Positions 36,731-49,785 are shown, counted from the first letter of the whole stretch. The stretch is 54,555 nucleotides of DNA, filler included, from Sphacelaria rigidula (GCA_964200075.2; 5 parts of 5 records of this genome joined end to end with filler, not necessarily neighbours in it); one strand, 5' to 3'. The notes: generated by a model not told the origin, from the letters alone. A program made the numbers and translations.

Positions 36731-36933
36731 GTGCGTGAGAGGACCGTGTGCTTAGAGGACCGCGTCGGAATTTGAACACCCCTATGGTTAGCATTAGCGT
36801 AAGGGTTAGTGTTAGGGTTGGGGTCAGGGGCGTGGTCCCTGCAGGGACTGGCCCGATTGGTTTCGAAAAACGTCGATCCTAAGATGTTCTTGACTATGAT
36901 GCGGTCCTTTAAGTACACGGTCCTCTCACGCAC
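36731..36933. mobile_element. Stowaway/Tc1-like MITE with internal telomere-like repeats
   Basis: TIR gtgcgtgagaggaccgtgtgcttagaggaccgc / gcggtcctttaagtacacggtcctctcacgcac; TA on both flanks. Confidence 0.8.
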
Positions 36934-36940
36934 TACAGTA

Positions 36941-37265
36941 GTGTGTGTGTTGCCAACTCATCATGTATTCTGGACGCCATTCTACAATTTTCGGCGTGTG
37001 GGCGCATCAGCAGGGATTACACAGGAGGGAGGCCAACGCGGGGTTTTCTTTTTTTGTACTCCACCTTTTTCGGTGCTTGCCTTACTTTTATCGCGCGAGG
37101 GGCTTAGCAGGTCAACCGTGAAGTCGAGTTCTGTGTATCCATGACATAATCGCTCCTAAATGTTGGGCAATGTGTGAAAAAAATCCCAGATCGTGTGACC
37201 GCAACGAAATTCGGATCCACGACCCAGCCGTCCGAAGGCTTAGAGGTTACCAACTGAGCCACCGG
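36941..37265 (-). mobile_element. tRNA-derived SINE
   Basis: Reverse complement head ccggtggctcagttggtaacctc; body collinear with 5461-5820. Confidence 0.8.
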
Positions 37266-39959
37266 AGCAACCCGCCTTGGCGTGCACGTACAACATTAAG
37301 TCGATTCCAGTGGTCGTCGCTTTTCGGAGGAGTTGCGAAGCCTGTACCTGTGATTCCTCAGAACTTTACGATCACCGCCTCGCCACTCTAAAAGCGACGC
37401 TAATCATGTTGAAAACGCTGCCGCCCTTCTTCAGTTGGATATTTAGGCAACAGTCGCAGGGTGGAATATGTCTCGGGGTTGCTGGAGGTGTCACTTGATC
37501 CACCACCTAAGTCACAGCTGATCATCGCTATCGAACAACACTATTCGGATGCCTGTCTTGTTGCTTGCATGTTGCCAGAATTGATTTCGATATGTGAAGG
37601 TACCACTGGGCCGACATTGCAGAGGTCAAAAGCCTCGCTCCGCAGCAATTCTACCGTATCATCACGGAATCAATGACGCGCGACAATGTGCACCGCCAAG
37701 GGTGACGTCAGATGACACCAGCGGCTGCGTGTCCATCTCGTCTGTTCCTCCATTAATGTCTGTCTGCCCCGGCTTCGCGACAGACAACATGCCGAGCACT
37801 AACCTCAACAAAGGATCATCCTACGAAAGGGAAAGGGGAGGGGGGGGGGGGATCTCCTGTGTTGCTTGCCTTAGTCGTTTGACCATTGACCACGCATCCC
37901 TTCCGAGACGGAGCGCTGTTCCTATTCCCAATAAAGCCACCTTGGACATTCCGGCACTCATTTCGTTTCTTTCATACATTGCTCAAAACCCTCTCACGTA
38001 TCTTATCCCCGTCCTGTTTCACTGTCTGTGTCCACCGTTTATCTCCTAGTATAGCCATCGTTTTCTCTCTACTGTCTCATGCATCAAACGATTTCATACT
38101 ATTTCCGTTCACGCCCCCGATTTCCCCCTCTAGCACGTCCCGTTCCTCCTTCTATAGTTTACATTCTACCACTATATGGCTTCTGCTCTCTATTGCTTTG
38201 CCACAGGGGCAGTTTTGCGCATCCACTCCCTCCTCCTTGCGACGACTGGGAAACCTCTTTCTTCTTTCTGGTAGGTGCTGGTGCCCCACCCGAAATCGCA
38301 GTTTCAATTTTTTCTCCGTGTCCATGAGGCCATGAAAATATGTTTTCGTTCCTATCCCCTTTCTCAACCCTCGGGAAACATTCATGTGTTCTTCCTCGTG
38401 TACTTTGCGCTTGAGCGCTCCTGATCCCCTCATTTGTATCATGCCTCTTACTTTTGTCTTGTACCCCGCGCCTTTACCTATGGACAGTACTTCGTCTTGG
38501 TTTCCTCCTGTACCCTTCCGTACTCTGCCGAAATCTTTATCCCACGTTTTTCTAGCCGTCTCTTCCCTACTTTTCTTCCATACATCCTTATCAACTATAG
38601 CTGACAATCCCTTTCTCCGCATGTTCTTTGCGCTATCTCACCATCACAAATTCCTCATGTCTGTTTTTGTTTCAAGTGAGTACATTCCAACTCTGCTCTC
38701 AATGCTGTACTACTCGTCGTCCTCGAGCAGCATTCAAGTATTTTCTTCGCTACTGCCACGTGTACTGTTTCCAACTTCTTCACCAACTTCACGTTCTCCT
38801 CTCATACTTCTCCTGCATATTCCAGCTTTGGTACAGTCACGTTCATCATGATACATCTCGTAATCCTAGTGTCTAGGTGCGAGCCTCTAAGGATCACGTA
38901 CATCCTGCCCATCTGTGGCTTACCCTTTTCGCTTACTTTACTTCTGTGTGCATGCCAATAACAGTTTTTTTTTATATCTCTATGCCAAGGTATGCATATT
39001 GATGTACGATCGGCAATTCCTCTTCTTCCCACTTTCATTTGAACTCTACCATGTCGAACTCCGTAGTTCTTGTTGTTGTTCCTAGTCTACGGGAGTTCTC
39101 AACTAGCAATTCTCTCATCCCCCTCGGAATACTGACAATTTTACCCTTCTGTGCCCGGAGTGTGGCTATCCCCTTGTTCATTTTCCCTGCCTGGTTCCCG
39201 TTATCTCTTTTATCCCTACCCACTTCTGTTTTATCCCGCCATTGAAACTCTTCATTTGTTTTATTCACCACATCTTCCCATACTCCCTCCTTTTTCTTCT
39301 GTACCATATGTTATACTTGATTTCGAAATTTGGTATACTCCTCCCATCCTACCGTAGTTTTACTCGATATGCATCTTGCGTGGGCCGCTCTCCCCACTGC
39401 CACGGCCTCTTTTGCTTCCTCATCCCACCATGTTTCTACTCTATTGCACATGTTCAGCTTCTTCCCTACAACTTTGCTCACTATCTATCAGACCAACTGT
39501 TGCCATACTTCTATAATCTTCGCTCTTGTCCGATTCCTTTCCATTTCGGCATCAATTGTGCCTACGCGTCCCAACAGCTCAGGACATTTCACTGCATTCT
39601 TGGCCATCTCTTCTTGAAACTCTTGCTGCTTTTCTTTCATATCTAGTTTATCGGTTCCTCATTTGTACAACCTCCTATCCCGCTTATTTCTTTTAGTCGT
39701 AGCTCTCGTCTGTTGGCTTTCTGTCCATATTAGGCAATGATCTGTAGTTCTCACGTCCCCCGCGCATACATGTAATTCCATTTCTTTACTTTTTCCATAC
39801 TCTACCACTATATAGTCAAGAACGGAGCATTTTCTGTCGTCTTTACGTATCCTAGTCCATGTCCATTGCGCCTCTGACTTTTGTGCGCTATCGTTCAGTG
39901 CCTTCATCTCGTTATGCTCAAGGAACTTCAGCATTGCTACCCCGTTCGTGTTTTTCTCA

Positions 39960-40209
39960 GACACTTTCTACGATAGCCCCCTCAAAAACCAGCTCAAAAG
40001 TGTCACGATAAAATGGTCATACAGCGTCTGATGTTTCGGTTCAGGCTAGATGAGGCGCCTCATATGGGCGACATTTGCGTGAACGAACCCAGGCGTGGGA
40101 ACTCCCAGCTGCTTGTTGTGCTCGGCTTTGTGCGTTTCGATTCACGTGGAAACTTTGTCTCACCAAACCAGGCCCTTTGGGGGGGGGAGGGGTACCATAA
40201 AAAGTGTCC
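39960..40209. mobile_element. MITE inserted in the LINE APE domain (Tourist/Harbinger-like)
   Basis: TIR gacactttctacgatagcccc / ggggtaccataaaaagtgtc; flanks tca and tta; splits APE between GQHGK and EKNTNG; similar terminus at about 8167. Confidence 0.7.
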
Positions 40210-42139
40210 TTATTTTCCCGTGTTGCCCAATGATATCATCCGGTTGACCTGCTGTTCCTACCCTTGCATCAAAATCTTCCACTAACATTACCTCTCCCTG
40301 CCTATTATACTTAGATTCATCTGCTGCTATCTTTCCAAACCTCCGCTGCATATCGTTCACCCTACCCTTAGGTACCCTTATCCATACGCTCTCGTCGATC
40401 ACTTCTAAAATGTCACACAGGTATTCCTTGACGACGAATCCTACTTCCCCCGCACCCCTGCTCTTGGGATCCTGTCCCTTCCGCGTTTTCCCTATCCATA
40501 CGTCATCTCCAATTTTGCATCGTATTTCCGCCCCCCTCTTTCTCCCCTAACTCTCGAATTCCTACTTTATCCAGGTCGCGTTTACTTGCTTGCTGGGCTA
40601 TGTCTATTCTTTTGCGCTCATCTGTGACGAATCCACACACGCCCCACGATCCTACTCTCAAATTCCTTTCCGAATCATTATCTGCTCTCGTGTTATCTAC
40701 TGTTCTCTCCACGTCGCTTTTAATGCGACTTTCCCTAGCTTGAGTGTTCTACCCGTTTTGGGATGGTCTTTTTCTATTTGCTTCGAGCTACTATGTCTTC
40801 TCCCCTTCCCCTTCCGGGCACTCACCTGTTCCCGCCTCCCTTTCCGTCCGTTTACCGCGGACTACATCCTAGGTTTGTTGTTCAATTAGCTATGCATCCT
40901 CTCCGTCCTACTCTTCTAACCCATGCCAACACCTGACTTGTCTCCATCCTTTCCTACTCCTTGCTCGCGGTCTGTTTTCGCGTGATTCAGGAGTATTCTC
41001 CCTCCCCTTCTACTTGCCCTCTTGCCACACAATATATACCAACTCCATTGCATTTCCTTTTGAACTCTACTCCTGTCATATCGCTTCGAACTCCGAATAT
41101 CAGCACTGCTAGTACTTTACCCGTCCACCCTTTACTTTTCCATCCGCCCTTCCTTACCGTCTCTTTCTCAATCTCTTTCGAGCAAAAATCTAGCTTGTTT
41201 GTTGCAAATGTATTGGTGGGATGTAGTCAACGCACTGGGACATCTCAGTCCTAGTATTTGTTGGGGGTCTGATTCCTTTTAGTTCGTTTGCTGGCTCACC
41301 GACACCAAGCAATGCCTCCAACACGGGCTCGTAGCCTCCAGCCACTTTAGAACACCTTCGACACAAGTACTCCACGTCTTTGCCAGGCAAGCTTCATGGT
41401 AAACCATACAGGCGTCCCACGATCGTATCTTTTATCTTCTCGCTCCGCTGCTGTACTGGTCACTCTCCTCCAGGAAAGTCGTTTTCACCGTGTAAGGTTG
41501 AAGGACGGCTTGCATAACACAAGGTCTTACTCGCATCGGGATGTCCCGTGCATCACTTTTCCCACTCCGTGTACGGTTCACCATGGGTCGGTACTCCACC
41601 AATGCTTCCGAGTAGACCTTTGCTGCCGGAAGTTTGGCCAACGATTCCCCCATACTCTGTAATAGCTTTTATCCTTCAAGATCTCAAGAAGTCTACGTGC
41701 CGCTTGGTGCTCCTTCTCGTAGGTCATGTGGTACGTCATGGGTAAGGTGTTTGTTTCATGAGTGGAGTAGGTCTTGACGTTTATGTCATTCATTATCTAC
41801 CCCTTCCCTTCACTAGGCGCATTTTGCACCTAATGTCGAAAATTTCGGGAAAATGGCCAGTTGTCCACCGCCTACTACAAACCGGGAAGGCTTCGTGGGT
41901 ATCAAACCACGAAACGCCAACCTCCACGTGAATTTACCATGAAGGGGATGAGGACCCGACCCCATCGGTAATTGTTATGTATTTTGTATATTCGATTTGC
42001 ATGTAAGGTGGTCACCCTCCACGCTATTACTTTTCCAGGTTTTGGTTCAATTCTTATTTTCCCGTTGTTATGATATGGGGGGAAGAATCTCGGCTATTTC
42101 CCGTCTTGATATGGGAAAGTAGATCTGTTTTTTCTCGCT

Positions 42140-43450
42140 ATTTTACGTCTATATCCAGGCTGTATAATGGTCGCTTCAAGAAAAAGGATAGATACTTTGT
42201 CTATTCCATGTCTATGTCCGGGCCGTGTTATGGTAGGTTAGGGAAAAAACAGGGTTAGGTTTTTATTTCATGGCCATGTCCGGGCTGTGTTATGGTAGAT
42301 GAAATAAAAATATAGCTAGCTTCTGTATTCCATGTCTATATCCGGGGCTGTGTTATGGTAGATGAAAGAAAAATATAAGCCAGCTTCTGTATTTCATGTC
42401 TATATCCGGGGCTGTGTCAAGGTAGATGAGAGAATGAACAGGTTTAGCTCCATGTCCATTATCAGGCTGTGTTATTTATTGTAGGTTGAAAAAAAGCAGG
42501 GTTAGCTTCATTATTCCATGTCTATATCCGGGGCTGTGTTATGGTCGGTTGAAGAAAAAGGAGGACTAGCTCCGTTATTCCATGTCCATGTCCGGGCTGT
42601 GTTATGGTAGAGCTAATAGGTTCAAGAAAACACAGGGTCAGCTTCTTCTTTACATGTCTATGTTTGGGCTGTGTTATGGTAGGATAAAGAGGAAGGAGAA
42701 CTAGCTTCATTATTACATGTCTATGTCCGGGCTGTGTTATGGTAGGTGAGAGAAAAAGGAGGACTGGCTTCTTCATTACATGTCTATATTCGGGCTGTGT
42801 TATGGTGAGTGAAAGAAAAAGATAAAGTAGCTTCTGCATCTCATGTCTATGTCCGGGCTGTGTTATGGTGGGTCAAAGAAAAAGATAAGGTACCTTCTGC
42901 ATCTCATGTCTATGTCCGGGCTGTGTTATAATAGGTGAAAGAAAAAGATAGGTGAGCTTCTGTATTTCATGTCTATATCCGGGGCTGTGTTATGGTAGTA
43001 GGTTGATGAGAGAATGAGCAGGGTTAGCTCCTTTATTCCATGTCCATTATCAGGCTGTGTTATGGTAGGATGAAAAAAAGCAGGGTTAGCTTCTTTATTT
43101 CATGTCTATGCTCGGGGCTGTGTTATGGTAGGATAAAACAAAAGCAGGGCTAGCTTCGTTATTCGATGTTTATGTCCGGGCTGTGTTATGGTAGGTTAAA
43201 GAAAAAGGAGGACCAGCTTCGGTTTTCCATGTCCATGTCCGGGCAGAACTAGCTTCTGTATTCCATGTCTATATCCGGCGCGCTGTGATATGGTAGGTTA
43301 AAGAAAAAGGGGGACTAGCTAGTCTATTCCATGTCGATGTTCGGGCTGTGTCATGGTAAGTTAAAGAAAAAGCAGGGTAACCTTCTGTAATTCATGTCTG
43401 TGTCCGCACTGTGTTATGGTACGTAAAAGGAAAGGGGTGTTATGGTACGT
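42140..43450 (-). repeat. Tandem array of about 21 monomers of about 63 bp at a LINE 5' end
   Basis: Repeated catgtctatgtccgggctgtgttatggtagg, the reverse complement of the 9040-10345 unit. Confidence 0.95.
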
Positions 43451-43625
43451 GAAAGAAAAGAAAAAGAGGAAAGGAAAGAAGAAAAAGACAAAATAAAAAG
43501 AGAAAAAACAGAGAATAAGGAAAATGAGTTCAGAAAGAGGACATTGTTTTTTGGGCAATGGCCTAGAAAAGGTATACCTTCTCGTTTTTTGCCCAAGAAA
43601 GGTACGAAAAATGGCCAGAAACGTG

Positions 43626-43725
43626 NNNNNNNNNNNNNNNNNNNNNNNNNNNNNNNNNNNNNNNNNNNNTTAATTAATTAANNNNNNNNNNNNNNNNNNN
43701 NNNNNNNNNNNNNNNNNNNNNNNNN
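43626..43725. other. Artificial contig-joining spacer
   Basis: Same 44N-TTAATTAATTAA-44N linker. Confidence 0.98.
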
Positions 43726-44095
43726 CCTACAATGAGTTGCTTTGTTTTATGGTATCGCCACTTCCAGAGACAGCCACAGCTTTGACACTGCCTCGTGGGT
43801 GTCTAACCATAGGGCTCCGTGTCCGAGAATCTTCTCTCGACAGACCCTTGGTGCAGGCCCATTTTTTCGTGTAGATGTTTCGTTTCTTGCCCTTCTCTGC
43901 GGGCTGTTTGATTTATGGGTAAGGGTGGAATGCTCCTTGCACTCTGTGACCACGGGTTCGAGAGATCGAGCTAATGTGACGTCACATAAGTATATGACAA
44001 TAATAAGGCCTTCAAAATTGCTATCCCGCATCCCAGATTCCGTGTACCGTGAGTCGATGCATATGTGGACATGGTGATGCACTCACATCCACATC
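43726..44095 (-). mobile_element. LINE subfamily B ORF2 C-terminal fragment
   Basis: LCDVTLARSLEPVVTECKEH...ILGHGALW parallels CPCGKAIESRSHIVVECKL...AILGDKRW of subfamily A; DNA matches 8460-8545. Confidence 0.6.
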
Positions 44096-45004
44096 ATGAT
44101 CTCCTGGGAGGGTACAGTTATGGGTAGGAATGGAGGCCGATTTTGGGTACTATATTCATGGAAAGTGCAAGCTGAACGCTACATGCATCAGAAGTGGTCC
44201 GTAATCCAACGAATCATATCAATGGAAAATACACGCGTCACCTACAAATGACAATTTGACTAAAAAAAATAAACTATATTTCTAGTACATTTATTCAAGC
44301 CTGGGAGTGGTCGGTGTTGAGGCGATTTTGTTCCTCCGGAAAGCTCGCTCCACATCAGTAGATGGACAATCTTGTTGCACTAGCTAATAGTGTCCTTCCT
44401 CTGTCTGTACCAGTCGGGAAGCACACGCCCGCGAGGTGCCACCCCACGTTTGCCGTCATTGCGAGATGACAAAAAAGAGCACGAACAGCAGCTGTTGTGG
44501 CCGCTACACACCAACGTAACTGCAATGAAACGCGTGCCTGACATGCTGCTAGAACGAGAAAGTACGGAAATTTGGAGATCATGAGCAGCAGCGTCGCGCA
44601 TCAGAAAGCTACTGAGAACGATGCTGATGATGTTGGCGATCAAGAGGCTCATGCTGTGCGGATTGGCTACGCGCTGCATGTCCTACACACAGCTATGACT
44701 GCAGGATTCGAAAGTGAATTTCTCATGGGCCCCATGGGTTCAGGGTCATGGCATGAGTGGAAGCAATCCCATATTGTTAGTCGCTTGGGCACGGTGTGGT
44801 TCTCTCTATATCAACATCTTTAACGTCATTTTCTCGCTATTTTCAGTATGTGCGAGTATGTGTGCAGGCAGTCACTTGAAACATCGTGACCCTGCCGACC
44901 TAGGCATACATGGTGCGCAGTTTGAAACGATCATCACTCTGCGCCTTGGATTCTCCGCTGAAACCCTCAAACACAACAACCGAAGTTCATGTGTAACCTC
45001 ACTC

Positions 45005-45415
45005 TCTGCAACTCAATGCATGAAGGGTACTCGCTGTTGAAAGGCGAAGTTGCCCTTCGTGCACAGTCGTACAAAACAAAGCAGCAGCAGCAGCACCTGG
45101 TGGCATGCCACAAAGTGAAAAACGAAGCTTCTCGAACATTGCATAGTTTGCATCTCATTCTGATACTATTGATATAATAGTACATACAGACAGTTGCCAA
45201 ATACATGACCGCGGTCACCAGCAGATGTAACGCACATACTCGTACCAAAATCACCCTCGACGCCTTGGCTTCTGCACTGGAGCCCTGGCATGAAGCAGCC
45301 GCCAGCTTTGTCCTTCTTTTGTCAACTCTCCCTCTATAATCCGACTCTTGAAAGGATACTCGCCGTCGAAAGGCGAATTTGCCCTCTGTGCACAGCCGCT
45401 CAGAACAAAGCAACG
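45005..45415 (+). repeat. Diverged direct repeat of about 80 bp (45005-45085 and 45332-45415)
   Basis: tactcgc.gt.gaaaggcgaa.ttgccct..gtgcacag..g..ca.aacaaagca occurs twice. Confidence 0.6.
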
Positions 45416-46731
45416 CCTGGGGGCACGCAACCCAAGTGCATGTTGTCACAACTTGCTTGCAGGAGGAAAAGTAGTATGCGCACCGAGTTTTTCGGATTTG
45501 CCATCTTCGGCCTCGAAAGACGCTATTGATCCTCAACCCGAAAGTGCCGATCGCGCACCGCTTACAACTCGGCAACGAAGCGAGGGATTGGACTGCGGTT
45601 TCTTGCGTGCGCTTCCCACACACCCAAGCTATGTCGCAACGTTTAGTTGTTGCGTTGCGCGTGATGCTGACTCGTGAATGACCTAGATATACCAAAATAA
45701 GGTGTTTTCTGCTCTGGGAGGGGATTTTCGTGCCGCTGACGCGACGCCAGCAAAATATCAATTGTGAGCCCCTAGATCTTGTGTGTATGCGGGGGGCTGT
45801 CATGTGCCGTGGACCGGCTTGCTGTGTCGAGAACCCCGCGATCTCCAGTGCTACAGCTTTCCCATACTTTCCAACTTAATAAGCGATGAAGTGTGTATTC
45901 TGTTCGTGAGGGCCTCGGCACAGGTCCGACCACCTACTGACGTGTTCATTATTCCTCCGCGTTATTTCTGATTTTAAATCTTGTGCCGATTTTCGGTCGT
46001 TACGGCCCCCATTCCTACCCATAACAGTGCCGGCAAACATAGATCACCACTAGCACACCCTCTGGATAATGACAATATGTACAAAATTCCTTCCCGTATC
46101 AACTGTAGAAATACTCGGGGCAGGAGGCACGGTCGTGCGCGCGCTGTCATCGCTGATATGCGCTTGAGCTTCGGTAACATGTCATGTAGAACACAGTCAA
46201 CAAGCCCATGCGTCTGGATCTAGGGTTTGGTGCTGCAGCAGTGCGTGAGGGGATGAAAAGAGCTCCGTGTGTGTGGGAAGCTTTGGAGAAGTTGGCAGTG
46301 TGCCTCTACGGGCGTGGTCTGCGCCCACCACAGGTAGGGGTGAAGCCCAGCCTGACGGGTCATGTCATGGACTGCAGTACCTGCGTACCTGCGTGTACCA
46401 TCATCCAAAGATACCATTGACCGCCCGACAGCTTCACAAAAAATGTCTCAACTCTCCTCGTAGGAACGATTCTCCGCTCAAAAATCGCGAGTTTCTTCGC
46501 ATCGGCGCGGCGTAATCTTACCCAGGGCCAGAATACTATGCTCCCGCGTGATGCAGCACTCTACCTTGTGCTGAGGCATTTCACATCAATGAATCGTTTT
46601 GTAAGACGCATTCGTAGGTATCACTCACCAACACAAACGGATGTCTCTTGATGAGCATTTTCCTTGCCTGATACCCGCCCCCTTCCCTCCCCCTCCCCCT
46701 CCGCACCGGACTGCACCCCACCTTGGTTCAG

Positions 46732-46836
46732 TGGGTTGAATGTAATGGGCCCTCCTCCCGACGACGATGCCCGGGACGGCAGCGGTAGGGGTGGAGACCC
46801 ACACGTTCAGGAGATTTTCCGCCGCGCGGAGGCGGG
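46732..46836 (+). CDS. NSFL1C: p47/NSFL1C-like UBX-domain cofactor, exon (SGLNVMGPP...HVQEIFRRAEAG)
   Basis: ggttcag|T acceptor and GG|gtgagt donor, phase 2-2; matches the p47 SGxxVxGPP...IF motif. Confidence 0.75.
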
Positions 46837-47341
46837 GTGAGTGCAATTCAAGTGTTGACGTGATTACATTTCATAAAGTGCACTCGGCGGGTATGGTGAT
46901 GTGTTCCCGTTAGAATTGGCGTGCTTCAATGTCGAGGTCAGCCATTACAGACAGTACTTCACGTCGTTCTCGTCCTCAGAGTGAGGTGCCTCATAGCTAG
47001 TGATGCTGCCATGGGTGCCTACGGGCATCTGGTCAATTCGAGAAGTATGTATGTATATGTTTCATGGGTGTATTATTCAGTCATCTGCCAGCTAGTTTAT
47101 ATGGGTTCTCCAGTTTACTTCATTATGCGCACTGGACGGTTCCACGGTGACCACCAGTACATCACCTCCCCCGTGACTCCCACACTGCCTTGAGCCAAGT
47201 TTTTCGAACGCTCGAGGCGCCTACGCCACATGACCGCCGTGAGGCGGTCTAGCCGAGCTTCTAGGTAATCGGCACGCGAGCCCGATTGCGGTGTAAGTGT
47301 TGGCTGAGGTTTCCTCCTCCTTCCTTCAGGGGGGAGAAAAA

Positions 47342-49598
47342 CAGTCATGGGTGCGCCTGACCCCCCAAAATGGGCAAAAAAAGTGTCACCGACCAAAAGC
47401 ACGCAACAGACCGGAGATCTCGTTCATCCCCTGATTATGCACGCCATCAAACTCCCCATAGTACTTGTGATTTGAGTGGGGTTTTCATTTCACGATTTCC
47501 CATTTTCGTCGTCCCGGGCTACGAACCACGGCGTGCCCCGGCTACACGCCGGCGTGTATTTGACCAAGCTACAATCTGATACCATTGTGGAACCAAAGCA
47601 GTTATGATTACGGAGAAAATCGCAAAAAAAAAAACATGTTTTTTCCACACCACTTGTTATAAACTCGAATCCCGATGAGATGAAAAAAATCGGCCACGGG
47701 ATTTGTAGCTGTCGTCTTGGCGCAGATGATGCAAAAACGGCCAATCGATGGCCTTGGCGATGAGTGATCGGAGCAACCGTTTGAGCTATTAGCGCAAACA
47801 AGCGCCTCCAACACTCGCCGGTTTCCACGAGATGCGAAAACCTCACCCCTGTCCAAGGGCCTCAGAATAGATTACATCCATGAGTGACTCTTGATAGTGC
47901 AGATGGTTGATACATCGCATGTGTGGAATGTTTGGCAGGTTTAGAATTTGAACCTTCGACCGAACCCCTAGAAGCTATCGTGTCTGCGAGACATTTACCC
48001 CCATCTGTGCATCGCTTATGATAGTGGCAAGAGTAGCGCTCGTTCTCCTGCACCCGGTGCCATCACCACGCCACCATTGATAGCGTAGCTCTATATCTAA
48101 TTCCACCTGGCAGCAAGTATGGACAAACTCTGAACTGAAGGAGAAAAGAAAGCCACAGAGCAAGCTGGCGTTCAAGAAGAGAGATCAGTATCCGCAATGG
48201 CAACACACTCCAACAGCCGTTATAGACATGATCATGAGTCGCACGAACGAAAGCAAGAATTATTTTTGCGACCTTGCAGCAGCGAAGCGAACAAATTGTA
48301 CCACCAACCCTAACCCTAACCACAACAGGGGCATACCGAGAATCCTCGGGCAAGGCGGGTGCAACGTATTCCCTCGGCGAAGTGTGCGTTGCCAGATCTC
48401 AAATCGGTGCCCCAGGCACCGATTCAGACAAACACGCTTTGTGGGCACGCTACGAGCATGCTGGGAGTACAGCTTCGGTGTTCACACTAAAATCAAGATG
48501 GACCAACTTACCCTTCCGAATTGTGAAGTATACTGCGTCAAGACAACACAAAAGACAACATAAAGTCATCGGCCCACTTTTACTGAAGCCAAATGTCACC
48601 GAAGCCCCATTCATGTCTTTTAGTACACCCACCCGTCCTACGACACGCGTCTGTTGTATCAGCAGTGGTGGGTGACGGCCGACGGTTTGTTTTAATCCTC
48701 TCTTGAAACACGATACCTTTGGAGTCCGATGAATATCATGCATAGTCATGAAATGAAAAGGCATGCCCACGGAACAACAAATACACTTGCACATAACGAG
48801 TCATTCATCCGCTAAAATTGTGGAACGATGGGATCCGATAAATCAAACTCCTCAAAACATGACGAGGAGGTCGACCAACATCCGCTCAGCCTACATGACA
48901 CACCCGGCGACTGTACTCCACTCGTCTGTGTAAGGGCCGTCCTCATTGAAGTTCATCAGTACGTATGGTTCTGTCGCATATTGAGCATATGATTTTGCCC
49001 CCATTTCGATCCGCGTTCCCAAAAATAAATGGTTCAGCGTTTCGGTTTCAGTTACCGGCGTTGGGCTACAAATGTTCATGGTTGATATTACTTGACTTGA
49101 GTGTGTACAACGAGAATCGGAATTCAAGTAGGGCTGACAGTCCCGTGGGCTCCTTGTGTGAGCAGAACGTGTTTTCGTTGAAATCGGCGCCACAGGCGCA
49201 GATTTGGGGTCTACCAAGGCCTCACTTTGTGTAGGAAATGTATGTACCGCCCTTGCCCGAGTGTTCTCGGTACGCGTTGGGTTGGGTCAACCCAACTAGC
49301 CTCCTGGCATTCCAGCGTATCGCAAGCGCGGACGAAAAGCGACGCAGTGGCATGCAATATATGAGGAACAAGAACGGAAGTAACGGTAGGGTTCTGATTT
49401 TGGAAAGCAGTTATGCGTTTCTCTAGATATTTCTTTGAATAAATTTTGGATCCATGTCGCTCTCTTCCGATGACGTTAGCCACATTTTCCCGACGAGCCT
49501 GGATAAGCACCAAAAGTCGACCTGTTCGTGTCTCTTCGTGATTTTGGTCGGTGACACTTTTTTTGCCCATTTCGGGGGGTCAGGCGTACCCATAACAG
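47342..49598. mobile_element. Non-autonomous Tc1/pogo-like TIR element, copy 1 (in a p47 intron, with nested insertions)
   Basis: About 60-bp TIRs cagtcatgggtgcgcctgaccccccaaaatgggcaaaa..gtgtcaccgacc; internal sequence collinear with 52592-53880. Confidence 0.85.
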
Positions 49599-49644
49599 TT
49601 TCTCTCCCGTTTATTGCTCTCGCCGCCGTTGGGCTGTCCTATAG

Positions 49645-49785
49645 CGCGCCTGATGCGGGTGAAGGAGGGTCTACCACTGCGCGAACCATTACCATGTACA
49701 ACGGAGGATTTACTGTGGACGACGGACCGTTTCGGAGATTGGATGACCCCGCGAACAAGGACTTTCTCAAGGATCTCGCCGCGGG
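49645..49785 (+). CDS. NSFL1C: p47/NSFL1C-like, SEP-domain exon
   Basis: TITMYNGGFTVDDGPFRRLDDPANKDFLKDLAAG; cctatag| acceptor and |gtaaga donor, phase 2-2. Confidence 0.93.

Larger units (their letters stand above)
37840..43450 (-). mobile_element. Near full-length decayed APE-type LINE (subfamily A): 5' array, PHD-remnant ORF1, APE, RT core deleted, CCHC C-terminus, C-tail
   Basis: ORF1 DACMVYHEACL...YLCRRC and VLIFGV; APE LRVGSWGVCG, EDFDARVG, VLDYIVV, TDHCLI; post-RT PKLEYAGEV; CPCGKAIESRSHIVVEC; many stops and frameshifts. Confidence 0.9.

Noticed and set aside
42522-42839. ORF of 21-aa repeats (TITQPGHRH...) within the array
   Set aside because: A by-product of the roughly 63-bp period; neighbouring units have non-triplet indels and in-frame stops.
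9040-43450. The two arrays as giant inverted termini of one 34-kb element
   Set aside because: They lie on different contigs separated by artificial linkers.
44967-45803. 278-aa ORF
   Set aside because: No recognisable motif, non-coding-like composition, and it overlaps a local duplication.
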